From an uncultured Actinomycetes bacterium (lineage in GTDB: Bacteria > Actinomycetota > Thermoleophilia > UBA2241), in contig CAVPVX010000007.1 of NCBI GenBank assembly GCA_963709345.1, positions 96,001 to 160,000 of the forward strand: 64,000 bases of DNA, in the 5' to 3' direction. The translations under genes and the position numbers were made by a program. How positions within the stretch are numbered: position 1 is the first letter of the stretch; each line of letters starts with the position of its first letter. The notes under the pieces were generated by a model. It was not told the DNA's origin and did not search any database. It saw only the letters and a list, made by a program, of their open reading frames with translations. Shown in pieces: positions 41,080-52,384 of the stretch.

Positions 41080-42772
41080 TCATTGGGCGGTGTCCGCCTT
41101 GACCCAGAGGGTCCACATGTCCGTGAAGCCCATCGGGTTGTGGACGAAGTTGGCGATGCGATTGTTGGTGACGCGGAAGTCGCGGTAGAAGTAGAGAGGA
41201 GAGGCCGGCATGTCCGTGAGGATCTGCTTCTCGGCCTGGAGGTAGAGATTGTACCGCTGCTGCGCGTCCTGCGTGGAGCGAGCCTCCTGCAGCATGTTGT
41301 CGACTTCCGTGTTCGAGTAGAACGTGTAGCTGCCGGTACGCGCCTGGTCCGACTGGAACAGGGGGTACAGGAAGTTGTCCATCGACGGGTAGTCGGCGAT
41401 CCAGCCCATGCGGAAGAGCTGGCTGCCACTGCCCTTGTTGCCCTTGGAGAGCTTGTCGAGGAACGTGCCCCACTCGAAGTTGCTCAGCTTGACGTCAACG
41501 CCGGCCTTCTCCCAGCCGGCCTGCAGGACCTCCCCGATCTTCTGGTGACCCTCGTCAGTGTTGTACCAGTACGCCAGCGTCGGAGCGCCGGCCATACCGT
41601 CGATGATCGTCTTGGCTCCCTCTGGATCGTAGCCGTAGGGGTTCTGCTCGGCCTTGTAACCGGGAATCCCCTCGGGCACGTATCCGCCGGCCGGCAACGA
41701 CACGCCCTCGTTGACGATGTTGATCACGTTCTGCGAGTCGGTGGACATGGAGACCGCCTTGCGCAGTTCGAGATCCTCGCCCAGCGTCGGGTCGGTCATG
41801 TTCATGCCGATGAAATACACGGCGAGGGCCGGCCAACGCTTGGCAGTCCACGTCCCGCTGGTGACCTCAGGCTTGGCCTCTGCGGCAGCGACCTGGCCGG
41901 GCGGCACGTTGGTGTAGTCGAGCGAGCCCTTCTGGAACTCGAGCCACTCCGTCTGCGACGAGGTGATGATCGGCATGTTGATGGTGTCGATGTACGGCCC
42001 GGCTCCCTCGGTCTTGTCCCAGTAGTCCGGGTTCTTGAGGAGCGTGATGCTCTGGTTGTTCTTCCACGAGTCGACCACGTACGGACCGGTGCCGACGGGC
42101 TTCTGGCTGAACTTCTTGGCGCCGATCTCCTTGGCGTAGTCGACCGGCCAGGCGGCGGCCACGGTGTGACCCAGCGTCTGCGGGAACTCGGCGAACGGAT
42201 AGCGCAGCTTGACCTCGAGCGTGTAGTCGTCGATCACAGTGACGCCGGTCAGGCCCGCCTTCGTGTCGACCTGGTAGCCACCGTCGTCGCAGCCCTCGAT
42301 CGGAGCGAGGATGTACGACACGTACGACTGGTTGGCCGGGTCGGTGACGTAGGTCCACGAGTCGACGAAGTCCTGCGCCTTGACCTCACGACTCACAGGG
42401 GCGGAGTACATGACGCCCTGCTTGAGCGTGAATGTCCAGGTCTGGGAGTCGGTCGACTCCCACTTCTCCGCGAGATCCGGCAGAGCTTCCATCTCGCCCT
42501 TGTCGTTCATGACGTACTTGGCGAGCCCCTGAAAGACCTGGTGGGCGACCTGCATGCCCTCGGACTCCTGCGCGTTGACCGGCTCGATCGAGACCGGGTT
42601 GGCCCCGAGCGGGTAGTTGTAGGTGCCGCCCATGACCGGCGTGCCCTCGTCCGCCGCCGCCGCCGCCGTTACCTTCGTCGCTGCTGCCGCATGCGGCCAG
42701 CGCGAACCCGGCGAAGACCAGGACCGCGACGGGCGCGATCAGGCTCCACCACCTCATTCTGGGATGCTTCAC
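41080..42772 (-). CDS. oppA: Peptide ABC substrate-binding lipoprotein (frameshift near 42650)
   Basis: RBS AAGGAGGT, lipobox LAAC, then in another frame PDLAEKW, VGTGPY, NPDYW, MGWIADYP. Confidence 0.9.
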
Positions 42773-42934
42773 TGTGACCTCCTTAGACTGACGAACACAC
42801 GTCCCCCTGACTCCCCGCCCCACGCCTCTGTGACGCACCACGGGATCCCCCACTTCAGGTTGTTCTGACTCCTTCGGCGCCTCCCGTCGAACTCGCGACC
42901 GCTCCGTACGCCCGGCCCGTGTCGGAGATGGACC

Positions 42935-43156
42935 TCAGCCCAGTCTCCAGACGAGCACGAACGTGTTGAGAAAGAACAGTATCCCCACGATGACCGTATA
43001 CCTGGTGAGATTGCGTTCCATGACACTCGCCGACGAGGCGAAGGAGAAGCCGGTGACGCTGGCCATGCCGGCATCCTTGCCGGAGTGCAGCAGGATGAGC
43101 ACGATGACCACGATAGCGAGGATGAGCTGGAGGGCGACGAGGATGGCGTTGAGCAA
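42935..43156 (-). CDS. secG: Preprotein translocase SecG
   Basis: LILLHSGKDAGM...MERNLTRYT; two TM helices; follows the glycolytic operon. Confidence 0.9.
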   Translation of the reverse strand: MLNAILVALQLILAIVVIVLILLHSGKDAGMASVTGFSFASSASVMERNLTRYTVIVGILFFLNTFVLVWRLG

Positions 43157-43255
43157 GTCTCTACTCCCCTTCAGGGCGACGGTGGACGCATACGATCATA
43201 CCATCTTTGCATCTTGCCCCATCCGCGACAACAGCACGGCCGCAAGCACCGCCCA

Positions 43256-44836
43256 TCAGCGGGCGGGTTCCAGAAGGCACCGCCCGGTCATCTCCTCCGG
43301 CGGAGCCAGGCCCAGCAACGTCAGCGCCGTGGGAGCCAGATCGCAGAGGCGGCCACCATCGCGGACCCGTGCGTCGCGTACCGTAGCGACGAACGGTACC
43401 AGGTTGGTCGAGTGCGCCGTGTTCGGGCTGCCGTCGGGCTCGAGCATGTGATCGGCGTTGCCGTGGTCGGCGGTGACGAGGCAGGCTCCGCCGAGACGAG
43501 CGCCGGCGTCGACGACTCTGCCGAGGCAGGCATCGACCGTCTCGATGGCCGTGACGGCTGCGCCGAGCACGCCGGTGTGCCCGACCATGTCGGCGTTCGC
43601 GTAGTTCACGACGACGAAGTCGAACGCGTCCGACTCCAGTCTGGCGACGAGTTCGTCGGTGACGCCGACGGCGCTCATCTCCGGCTTGTGGTCGTACGTC
43701 GGCACGTCGCGCGGGCTGGGCACGAGCACGCGCTCCTCTCCCTCGACCGCCTTCTCCACGCCGCCGTTGAAGAAGAACGTCACGTGCGCGTACTTCTCGG
43801 TCTCGGCGATGTGCAACTGGCGCAGGCCGCGCTCGGCGAGGACGTCGGCCAGCACGTGCCGCGGGTGGTCGGGCGGGAACGCGACCGGCAGCGGGAACTC
43901 CTTCTTGTACTCGGTCATCGTCACGAAGTCGACGGCCGGCGGGCGCGGCCCGCGGTCGAACTCGGAGAAGCCCGCCTCGGTGAGCGCCCTGGTGAGCTCG
44001 CGGGCACGGTCTGGCCGGAAGTTGAAGAAGACGCAGACGTCCCCGTCGGCGATGCGCGAGTCATGCTCCGGCGAGACGACGGTGGGACGCACGAACTCGT
44101 CGTTCTCGCCGCGGGCATAGGCCGCGTCGACGGCGGACTGCGCGTCGAAGGCGAAGAACCCCTGCGCGTCTACCAGCGCATCGTACGCCAGCTTCACACG
44201 GTCCCAGCGTGTGTCGCGGTCCATCGCGTAATACCGGCCGCTGATCACGCCGTAGCGACCGACGCCGGCGGCGTCCATGGCCACCTGGATGTCGGCGAGG
44301 TACCCCTTGGCGCTGCGCGGCGGTGTGTCCCGGCCGTCCAGGAAGGCGTGGACCACGACATCGCCGACCTTCTCGCGGCGGGCGAGCTCGAGGCATGCCT
44401 TGAGATGCCCCATGTCGCTGTGCACACCGCCGGCAGACACCAGACCCAGCAAGTGGAGGCGGCTGCCCCGCCCGGAGGCCTTCGCGCACGCCTGGCGCAG
44501 GACGCGGTTCTCGAAGAAGCTCCCGTCCTCGATCGCGAGGCTGATACGCGTGAGATCCTGGTTGACGACGCGCCCGGCGCCGATGTTGAGGTGGCCGACC
44601 TCGGAGTTGCCCATCTGACCCGGCGGCAATCCCACCGCCGGCCCGGAGGCGTCGAGCACGCCGTGCGGGTACTCCGTCACGAGCCGGTCCATCACCGGCG
44701 TGCGCGCCAGGCTCACGGCGTTGTCGGGTCCCGGCGGCGCCGCACCCCAGCCGTCGAGGACCACCAGAACGACCGGACGATACGTGCGCCCGTCCAGTCC
44801 CGGCGCCGCCCCGGCCGTCGGCGCCTCGCCGGTCAC
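43256..44836 (-). CDS. gpmI: 2,3-BPG-independent phosphoglycerate mutase
   Basis: LDGWG, GQMGNSEVGH, DGRDT, GRYYAMDRD, AETEKYAHVT, NADMVGHTG, TADHGN. Confidence 0.97.
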   Translation of the reverse strand: MTGEAPTAGAAPGLDGRTYRPVVLVVLDGWGAAPPGPDNAVSLARTPVMDRLVTEYPHGVLDASGPAVGLPPGQMGNSEVGHLNIGAGRVVNQDLTRISLAIEDGSFFENRVLRQACAKASGRGSRLHLLGLVSAGGVHSDMGHLKACLELARREKVGDVVVHAFLDGRDTPPRSAKGYLADIQVAMDAAGVGRYGVISGRYYAMDRDTRWDRVKLAYDALVDAQGFFAFDAQSAVDAAYARGENDEFVRPTVVSPEHDSRIADGDVCVFFNFRPDRARELTRALTEAGFSEFDRGPRPPAVDFVTMTEYKKEFPLPVAFPPDHPRHVLADVLAERGLRQLHIAETEKYAHVTFFFNGGVEKAVEGEERVLVPSPRDVPTYDHKPEMSAVGVTDELVARLESDAFDFVVVNYANADMVGHTGVLGAAVTAIETVDACLGRVVDAGARLGGACLVTADHGNADHMLEPDGSPNTAHSTNLVPFVATVRDARVRDGGRLCDLAPTALTLLGLAPPEEMTGRCLLEPAR

Positions 44837-44873
44837 CGCGGTCCCGCGACGCGAGCTCCCCGGATCCGAGAGA

Positions 44874-45647
44874 TCACACGGCCTCCACGAAGCGGACGAT
44901 GCGTGCGAACTCCTCGGGATCCAGGCTCGCGCCGCCGACCAGCACGCCGTCGATGTCCGGCTGCGCCATGAGCGTGTCGATGTTGGCGGCCTTGACGCTG
45001 CCGCCGTACAGGACGCGCACCTTGTCGGCGGCGACGCCGAAGCGTTCGCGAACCTTGCGGCGGCAGAAAGCCACCGTCTCCTGCGCCTGTTCCGGCGTGG
45101 CCGTCTTGCCGGTGCCGATCGCCCAGATCGGCTCGTAGGCGATGGCCACGTCGGCGAGCTCGTCCGCCGCGACCTCGGCGAGGTCGGCGTCGAGCTGGCC
45201 TCCGACCTTGCTCTCGGTCTTGCCGCCCTCACGCTCCTCGAGCATCTCGCCGCAGCAGAGGATGGGCAGAAGGCCCGCGTCGAGCGCGGCGCGGACCTTC
45301 TTCGCCAGGTCGGCGTCGTTCTCGTTGTAGTACTGCCGGCGCTCGGAGTGCCCGAGGATCACGTAGGGGACGCCCATGTCGACGAGCATGCCCGGCGCGG
45401 TCTCGCCCGTGAAGGCGCCCTCCGCCGCGTAGTGCATGGTCTGGGCGCCGACCGCGATCGTCGTGTCGACGACGCACGAGAGGGCGGCGTGGAGGCAGAC
45501 GGTGGGCGGGCAGATCAGCACGTCACGGTCGTCCACACCGGCTACCAGCGGACGGAACGCGTTGAAGAACTCCCTGGTCTGCACCGGCGTCTTGTACATC
45601 TTCCAGTTGCCCGCCAGAAGCGGGCGCCGTGTCTCGCTCATGCTCAC
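44874..45647 (-). CDS. tpiA: Triosephosphate isomerase
   Basis: AGNWKM, GHSERR, AYEPIWAIGTG, YGGSV, LVGGASL. Confidence 0.98.
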   Translation of the reverse strand: MSMSETRRPLLAGNWKMYKTPVQTREFFNAFRPLVAGVDDRDVLICPPTVCLHAALSCVVDTTIAVGAQTMHYAAEGAFTGETAPGMLVDMGVPYVILGHSERRQYYNENDADLAKKVRAALDAGLLPILCCGEMLEEREGGKTESKVGGQLDADLAEVAADELADVAIAYEPIWAIGTGKTATPEQAQETVAFCRRKVRERFGVAADKVRVLYGGSVKAANIDTLMAQPDIDGVLVGGASLDPEEFARIVRFVEAV

Positions 45648-46825
45648 TCCCGATCCAGGAGGGCCGCGACGCCGGGAAGCGTCTTGCCCTCGATGAACTC
45701 CATTGACGCCCCGCCACCGGTGGACACGTGCGCGATCCGGTCCGCCAGACCGAAGCGGCGCACGGCGCTCACGGTGTCGCCGCCGCCCACGACCGTGACC
45801 GCGCCGCCGGCGGCAACGGCCTCGCCGACTGCCTTGGTGCCGGCGGCGAAGTCGTCGATCTCGAACAGACCCATGGGCCCGTTCCAGAAGATGGTCTCCG
45901 CGTCCGAGAGCCGGGCGACGAAGGCGGCCGCGGTCGCCGGACCGATGTCGAGCCCCATCTGGTCCGGCGGCATGCCGTCGGCCGGGACGACCGTCGTCGT
46001 CGCGCCGACCTCGGCGGCCCGCGCGACGACGATGTCGCTGGGCAGCTCGAAGTCACAGGGCGACGCCTTCGCCTCGGCGGCGATACGGCCGGCCACCTCG
46101 ACGCTCTCGGTCTCGACCTTGGAGGTCCCGATCTCAAGGCCGGCGGCCCTGAAGAACGCGAAGCACATGGCTCCGCCGATGAGCACGGCGTCTGCGGTGC
46201 TGAGCATCTTCTCGATGACGCCGATCTTGTCCGAGACCTTGGCGCCGCCGAGGACGACGACGAACGGCCGCGCCGGCTCGCCGAGCAGCGTGCCGAGCAC
46301 CTCGAGCTCGCGCTCCATGAGCAGCCCGGCGACGGCGGGCAAGTGACGCGTGACGCCCACCGTGGACGCGTGTGCGCGGTGCGCCGTGCCGAACGCGTCG
46401 TTCACGAACACGCCGCCCAGCCGCGCGAGCTTCTCGGCGAACGCCGCGTCGTTCGCCGTCTCCTCGGCGTGGAAGCGCAGGTTCTCGAGCAGCAGCACCT
46501 CGCCGGGCGCAAGCGCCGCGGCGGCCGCCTCGACCTCCGGCCCCACGCAGTCCGCGGCGGTCGCCACGGGGCGGCCGACGAGCTCGGAGAGCCGCGCGGC
46601 CACCGGCGCCATGCGCAGTTCGTCCACGACCGCGCCCTTCGGGCGGCCGAGATGAGACATGAGGACGACCGAGCACTCCTGGTCGAGCAGGTACTGGATG
46701 GTCGGCAAGGCGGCGCGGATGCGCGTGTCGTCGACCACGCCGCCGTCCTTGAGCGGCACGTTGAAGTCCACGCGCACGAGCACGCGCTTGCCCGCGAGCG
46801 GGTAGTCGGTGAGCGACCGCTTCAT
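45644..46825 (-). CDS. pgk: Phosphoglycerate kinase
   Basis: RVDFNVP, SHLGRP, LLENLRF, NDAFGTAHRAHAS, STGGGA. Confidence 0.98.
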   Translation of the reverse strand: MKRSLTDYPLAGKRVLVRVDFNVPLKDGGVVDDTRIRAALPTIQYLLDQECSVVLMSHLGRPKGAVVDELRMAPVAARLSELVGRPVATAADCVGPEVEAAAAALAPGEVLLLENLRFHAEETANDAAFAEKLARLGGVFVNDAFGTAHRAHASTVGVTRHLPAVAGLLMERELEVLGTLLGEPARPFVVVLGGAKVSDKIGVIEKMLSTADAVLIGGAMCFAFFRAAGLEIGTSKVETESVEVAGRIAAEAKASPCDFELPSDIVVARAAEVGATTTVVPADGMPPDQMGLDIGPATAAAFVARLSDAETIFWNGPMGLFEIDDFAAGTKAVGEAVAAGGAVTVVGGGDTVSAVRRFGLADRIAHVSTGGGASMEFIEGKTLPGVAALLDRE

Positions 46826-46858
46826 GGCGTCTTCAGCCTCCCCGGCGTGACGTGGGTG

Positions 46859-47917
<1,059 letters not shown>

Positions 47918-48008
47918 TTATGTCATGACACCGACGCACAAGATACCCCAGAAGCGAACACCGAAGCGTGGCGCCGACGGCCTGGAGGCGGGGCTCCGGG
48001 GGCACCGG

Positions 48009-51000
48009 CTAAGACGTTGTCGGGATGCTCCCGAGAAAGATGTTGCCGGTGCGGCCGTCGATGGACAGCCAGTCGCCGGCATGGAGTTCGTGACCGGCGA
48101 GCCGGATGCTGCCTTCGCGCTCGACGACATCCAGGTCGACGCACTCGACGACAGCCGTCTTGCCGAGCCGCTTCGCGGTGACGGCGGCGTGCGAGGTGGT
48201 GCCCCCCCGCGCCGTGAGGATGCCGCTGACGCGCGTGATCATGGCGATGTCCTCGGGCACGGTGTCCGGCCGCAGCAGCACGATGTTCTCGCCGGGAGCC
48301 TCGGCCAGGAGATCGTCGATCTGCCCGGCGTTGACGGCGACGCGGCCCGAGTAGGCGCCGCCGGCGACACCCATCCCGAAGGCGACCGGAGGCCCGTAGT
48401 TCGGTGAAGAGGTGTCGAAGTAGGCCGCGTCCCTCGTCTGCTCCTGCACGACCGCGCGCTTCTGCAGGATGAACAGGTCGTCGCCCGCGGCCGACTCGAA
48501 GGTGAACTCGATCTCCTGCGGGTCGAACTCGTGCTCTTCGACGAGGTTGCGCGCCACCGCGAGCAGTTGCCGGTACACGCCGGGGAAGTCCCGCTCGAGC
48601 GAGTGCTCGCTGCCGCGATAGGTAGGGCTCCCGAGCCGCTGCGCCTCGGAGATCGGCAGGGGGAACACGAGCCCGCCAACGAGATCCTCCCCTTGACAGC
48701 GAAGGGCATAGTCGCCGAACAGGCGGACCTGGCGGCTGTGCGGCTCCAGCGGGTTGTTCGTGAAGGTGACCCCGGAGCCCGACTCCCGGCTGCGGTTGCC
48801 GAGGACCATGCGCTGTACCACGACCGCGGTACCCCACTCCTCGGCGATCCCGATGTACTCGCGGTACAGTCGAGCATGCGAGGAGTCCCACGACTCGAGC
48901 ACCTTGAGCATGCAGGCAACGACCTGGGCGAAGGGGTCGTCGATGAACATGACGCCCGCCTCGGCGCCCCGTGACTTGTACGCGAAGGCTATTTCGCGCA
49001 TCTGCCCCGCGGTGAAGTCCAGCTTCTGCCCGACGGCGTACCGGCTCTTGAACTCCGACATGATCGCATCGAAGAAGTCGCGGTCGATGCCGTCCGACAT
49101 CGCCCAGGACTGCAGAAAGCGGCGGTAGCTGTCCCACGCCGCCCACGCCAGCCCGGGATCCTGCGCGAGGCTCTCGGTGAGCTCGTCGTTGAGACCGACG
49201 TTCACGAACGTCGTCATGAGCCCGGGCATCGAGATCGCGGCCCCCGAACGGATGGAGAGGAGCAGCATGCGGCGCGGGTCGCCCAGACGCAGCCCCGTCC
49301 GCCGCTCCAGCCCGGCGAGGGCCTTCTGCGTGCGCTTGATGGTGTCGTCGTAGAGAGGCTGGTACGACATGGCGGGCATGGCGCCGAACAACTCGGTGCT
49401 GAGCACGAACCCCTCGGGGACGTTGTGCCCGTACGCCGCCATCTGCTTGAGCCCGAGGCCCTTGAAGCCCAGGGTCATCTGATCGTCGGTACCGGGCTTG
49501 GGCCGGTGGATCGGCGACACGAGCCGCTCGGGGTCGTAGTTCATCATCCTCGTCAGGGCCTGGCTGCCGAGGCGGCCGGTCAGCAACGATATCTGCCGGA
49601 GCGACGCGGTGACGAAGCGGTCCAGAGCCTGCAGCCCGAGACCCGACACGAGCACCTCGCGGAGGACCATCTCGGCTACCGCGTCGACCGACATGCCCCG
49701 CGCCTCGCACTGGCGCTGGTCGTTGACCAGGACGGCGTGCAGCACCTGCTCGTGGCTGAGGATCGAGGTCGACGACACCTCCGTGACGCTGTTCACCAGG
49801 AACTGGAAGACGTTCTGGTACTGACGGAAAGTGAAGCTGCGGCTGCTGAAGCTCGCCTCGAGCATGTCGAGGTTGGCCTCAAGCGCGCGCGAATCGACGC
49901 CGTCCGCGGCGAGCGCCCGCTCGAAACGCCTGATGGCGCGCGCCATACGCCGCAGCGAATCCCTGGTGACGTACCGCTCGACCCCCTCGGAGACCACGTC
50001 GTCGAGCAGCCGACCGACGAGGGTCTCGACCCGGAACGACAAGCCGAGCGCGTCGAACTTGGGCTCGCTGTAGCTGCCGTAGATCGACGGGATGCCCGCG
50101 GCGATGTGGCGCTTCTGGTAGATGTTCTCCGTCGCCTCGGCGGCCTCGGGGTCGAGCACGATCGCCTTGAGGGCCTCCAGCACGGAGAGCGCGGCGTCGA
50201 GCAGGCGATCCCGGCTTCTCGCCGCCGGACGCGCCCGCCACGCCGCCACCGCCCTCTCGAACCGGCGGCGGAGTCTGGGGTCGAGCTGCAGGTGGCGGCC
50301 GACGACGACGCCGACATCGACCGCCGCGAGGGAGTACTTGTGCGCGAGCAGCTGATGCGTGCGCAGCAGCAGCACGACCCGGCGCCGGTCCGTCTCGCTC
50401 GCCGCCCACGCCGGCGCTCCCGCGGCGGACGCGGCGCCTCCGGCACTCAGGCCGAAGCGTACCTCGAGATCCTCCGGCGAGGACTCGATCAGGTGGTCCA
50501 GCGCCTCGTCGACCCCGGTCATCTCCAGCCGCCCGCAGATCTCCTGGAGAGCCTCGTGCGGACCGGCAGCCCACTGCGACTCGGCGCGTACCGCGCCAAG
50601 AGTGCTCGCCGACAGATACGGCTCGAGACCCCCCGCCTTCAGCGTCATCCAGTACCGCAGGATGGCGTGGCTGAAGGACACCATTCGGTTGGACGACTCC
50701 GCGTGGACCTGCTTGCGGAGAAAGTGCATCAGCGTGTCGCGACGCCCGCAGATCTCGTCGCTCTGCGTGGACACGGCGCGCAGCTCCCCCTCCGCCCCGA
50801 CCTCGGAGAAGTACACGGGCAGGGTCCGCAACAGCTGCTTGGCCACGAAGTAGATCGGGCGGATGTCCGCGTTGAGGAACCGCGTGACGTCGCGCTGGAA
50901 CAGGTCGGTGTCGGCGATGAAGACGCCGCCGAGGCGAAGCTGCACGTTGAGCGCAGCGGCCAGCCGCTCGAAGAGTGCCGGGTTGGACTCGATGATGTGC

Positions 51001-52190
51001 ATCCAGCAGCGGATCTTCGGCAGGTGATAGGGATTGACGACCGTCTCCCACTCGTCGGTCGCCCCCTGGATGTCCGGGTACTGGAAGCGCCAGAAGAGGA
51101 TGTCCTCGATGAGGTGGTCGGCCGCCCTGACATTGCCCGCCTCACCGATGGCCACGCCGATGGCCTCGTAGCACTGGAACCGCATGAGCAGGAACTCGTT
51201 GTCGCGGTCGCGGAAGAAGACGGTCAGGCGGCTGAGGATGCGCTCGGCGTCCGTATGCCTGTCCGGGCGCATCATCTGCTTGACGACGCCGAGGAGGTCG
51301 GTGATGACCTCCTTCTGCCGGTACCCGAGCGTCTGGTCCTTCAGGAAGAAGACGCACGCGGCGAAGCGGTCCTCGAGGTTCTCCAGCCGGAAGAGCTCGT
51401 CGATCGCGCGGCTGAGAATTGCCGAGAAGATCGGAAAGCGCGGACCGAGCAGGTCGTCGGCGCCGGCGGCGCGCGCGGCGCGCGCGAGCGCGGCCATCCG
51501 CGGGCGGGCGAGGAAGTCGAAGCTCACGCCCACGGCGTGCCCGTCGGTGAGCCCCTCTCCCTGAGCGCGCGCCCAGCCGGGCACGTCGAGGTGGTGCTGC
51601 ACGACGTCGTAGCCGGTGAGCAACAGCCGCCGGTACAGCTCGGCGTAGACCGCCGAGATCGCCGGGCGGGCGGCGACGCGCTCCACCAGAGCACGGAGCA
51701 GCGCGTCGCGCTCCAGGAACTCCGTGCGGTGCGCCGGCAACAGCCGGTCGAGCGATCCGCCGAGCATCTCGAACCCCGAGTCGTACTCGTCGCCGTAGCG
51801 TCCTTCCGCCGCATCGCCGCACCAGGTCAGCAGAGCGCGCAGAAGGAGCGAGAACTGCTCGGGCGTCAGCTGAGCGTCCAGCAGGCCGACGACCAGCTCC
51901 GCCAGCAGGTCGAACGACCGGGCGCGGTCGTCCGAGCGTTCGAAGTAGGGCCAGTTGCGGAGCAGCGCCGTCTGGAGGCCGTCGACGAGCAGGTCGGCGT
52001 TGCGGAAGGTGTGGAAGTACTCCGCCAGGGTCTCGGTCAGCGAGCTGCGGACCCCGTGGAGCGTCTTCACGGCATCGAGGAGCGGGAGATACCGGTCGGG
52101 GATGATGACGGTCTGTGCGGTGCTGGCCAGATTGGCGCGCAGCGCGTCCGAGTCAAAAGGTACGGGCGAGGTCCTCACGATGGCACTCAT
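48009..52190 (-). CDS. Large PPDK-like dikinase: ~900-aa unknown N-terminal region, ATP-grasp domain, phospho-His swivel domain, no PEP/pyruvate barrel
   Basis: RBS GGAGGT + ATG 52190. LGFKG..L..M, SIRSGAAISMPG, DSYRRF, GTAVVVQRMVLGN, QGEDLV, EIEFT, GGTTSHAA; stop right after DGRTG. Confidence 0.85.
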   Translation of the reverse strand: MSAIVRTSPVPFDSDALRANLASTAQTVIIPDRYLPLLDAVKTLHGVRSSLTETLAEYFHTFRNADLLVDGLQTALLRNWPYFERSDDRARSFDLLAELVVGLLDAQLTPEQFSLLLRALLTWCGDAAEGRYGDEYDSGFEMLGGSLDRLLPAHRTEFLERDALLRALVERVAARPAISAVYAELYRRLLLTGYDVVQHHLDVPGWARAQGEGLTDGHAVGVSFDFLARPRMAALARAARAAGADDLLGPRFPIFSAILSRAIDELFRLENLEDRFAACVFFLKDQTLGYRQKEVITDLLGVVKQMMRPDRHTDAERILSRLTVFFRDRDNEFLLMRFQCYEAIGVAIGEAGNVRAADHLIEDILFWRFQYPDIQGATDEWETVVNPYHLPKIRCWMHIIESNPALFERLAAALNVQLRLGGVFIADTDLFQRDVTRFLNADIRPIYFVAKQLLRTLPVYFSEVGAEGELRAVSTQSDEICGRRDTLMHFLRKQVHAESSNRMVSFSHAILRYWMTLKAGGLEPYLSASTLGAVRAESQWAAGPHEALQEICGRLEMTGVDEALDHLIESSPEDLEVRFGLSAGGAASAAGAPAWAASETDRRRVVLLLRTHQLLAHKYSLAAVDVGVVVGRHLQLDPRLRRRFERAVAAWRARPAARSRDRLLDAALSVLEALKAIVLDPEAAEATENIYQKRHIAAGIPSIYGSYSEPKFDALGLSFRVETLVGRLLDDVVSEGVERYVTRDSLRRMARAIRRFERALAADGVDSRALEANLDMLEASFSSRSFTFRQYQNVFQFLVNSVTEVSSTSILSHEQVLHAVLVNDQRQCEARGMSVDAVAEMVLREVLVSGLGLQALDRFVTASLRQISLLTGRLGSQALTRMMNYDPERLVSPIHRPKPGTDDQMTLGFKGLGLKQMAAYGHNVPEGFVLSTELFGAMPAMSYQPLYDDTIKRTQKALAGLERRTGLRLGDPRRMLLLSIRSGAAISMPGLMTTFVNVGLNDELTESLAQDPGLAWAAWDSYRRFLQSWAMSDGIDRDFFDAIMSEFKSRYAVGQKLDFTAGQMREIAFAYKSRGAEAGVMFIDDPFAQVVACMLKVLESWDSSHARLYREYIGIAEEWGTAVVVQRMVLGNRSRESGSGVTFTNNPLEPHSRQVRLFGDYALRCQGEDLVGGLVFPLPISEAQRLGSPTYRGSEHSLERDFPGVYRQLLAVARNLVEEHEFDPQEIEFTFESAAGDDLFILQKRAVVQEQTRDAAYFDTSSPNYGPPVAFGMGVAGGAYSGRVAVNAGQIDDLLAEAPGENIVLLRPDTVPEDIAMITRVSGILTARGGTTSHAAVTAKRLGKTAVVECVDLDVVEREGSIRLAGHELHAGDWLSIDGRTGNIFLGSIPTTS

Positions 52191-52384
52191 GATACCTCCG
52201 ATGGCGGCGGTCGCGAGAGCGCCCTTGTTGGGAGGCGTCATGCGAAGCGGCGACGTTCGGCGCAGCGGCGCGCGTGCCCGCGGATGTGGCCACGCCGACG
52301 GCCACGGCCCGTGCGGAACTGCGGTAGGATGCCGCTGTCGGACCGCACGAGGCGAAGGCGCCGCGACAGGAGGTACCGCGAGCC

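Noticed and set aside
42650-42668. Phase-variable GGC tract in oppA
   Set aside because: Trinucleotide slippage would not change frame; the break is best explained as an indel error.
42780-42934. Glycine riboswitch or tRNA in the secG-oppA gap (CGCCGAAGGAG, GTTCGA)
   Set aside because: No GGAGA and CTCAGG elements, no cloverleaf; only isolated short matches.
48009-52190. Annotating the large ORF as ordinary ppdK or as a truncated pseudogene
   Set aside because: It lacks the PEP/pyruvate barrel yet is an unbroken ~1390-codon frame with a strong RBS and intact catalytic motifs; no barrel remnant follows the stop.
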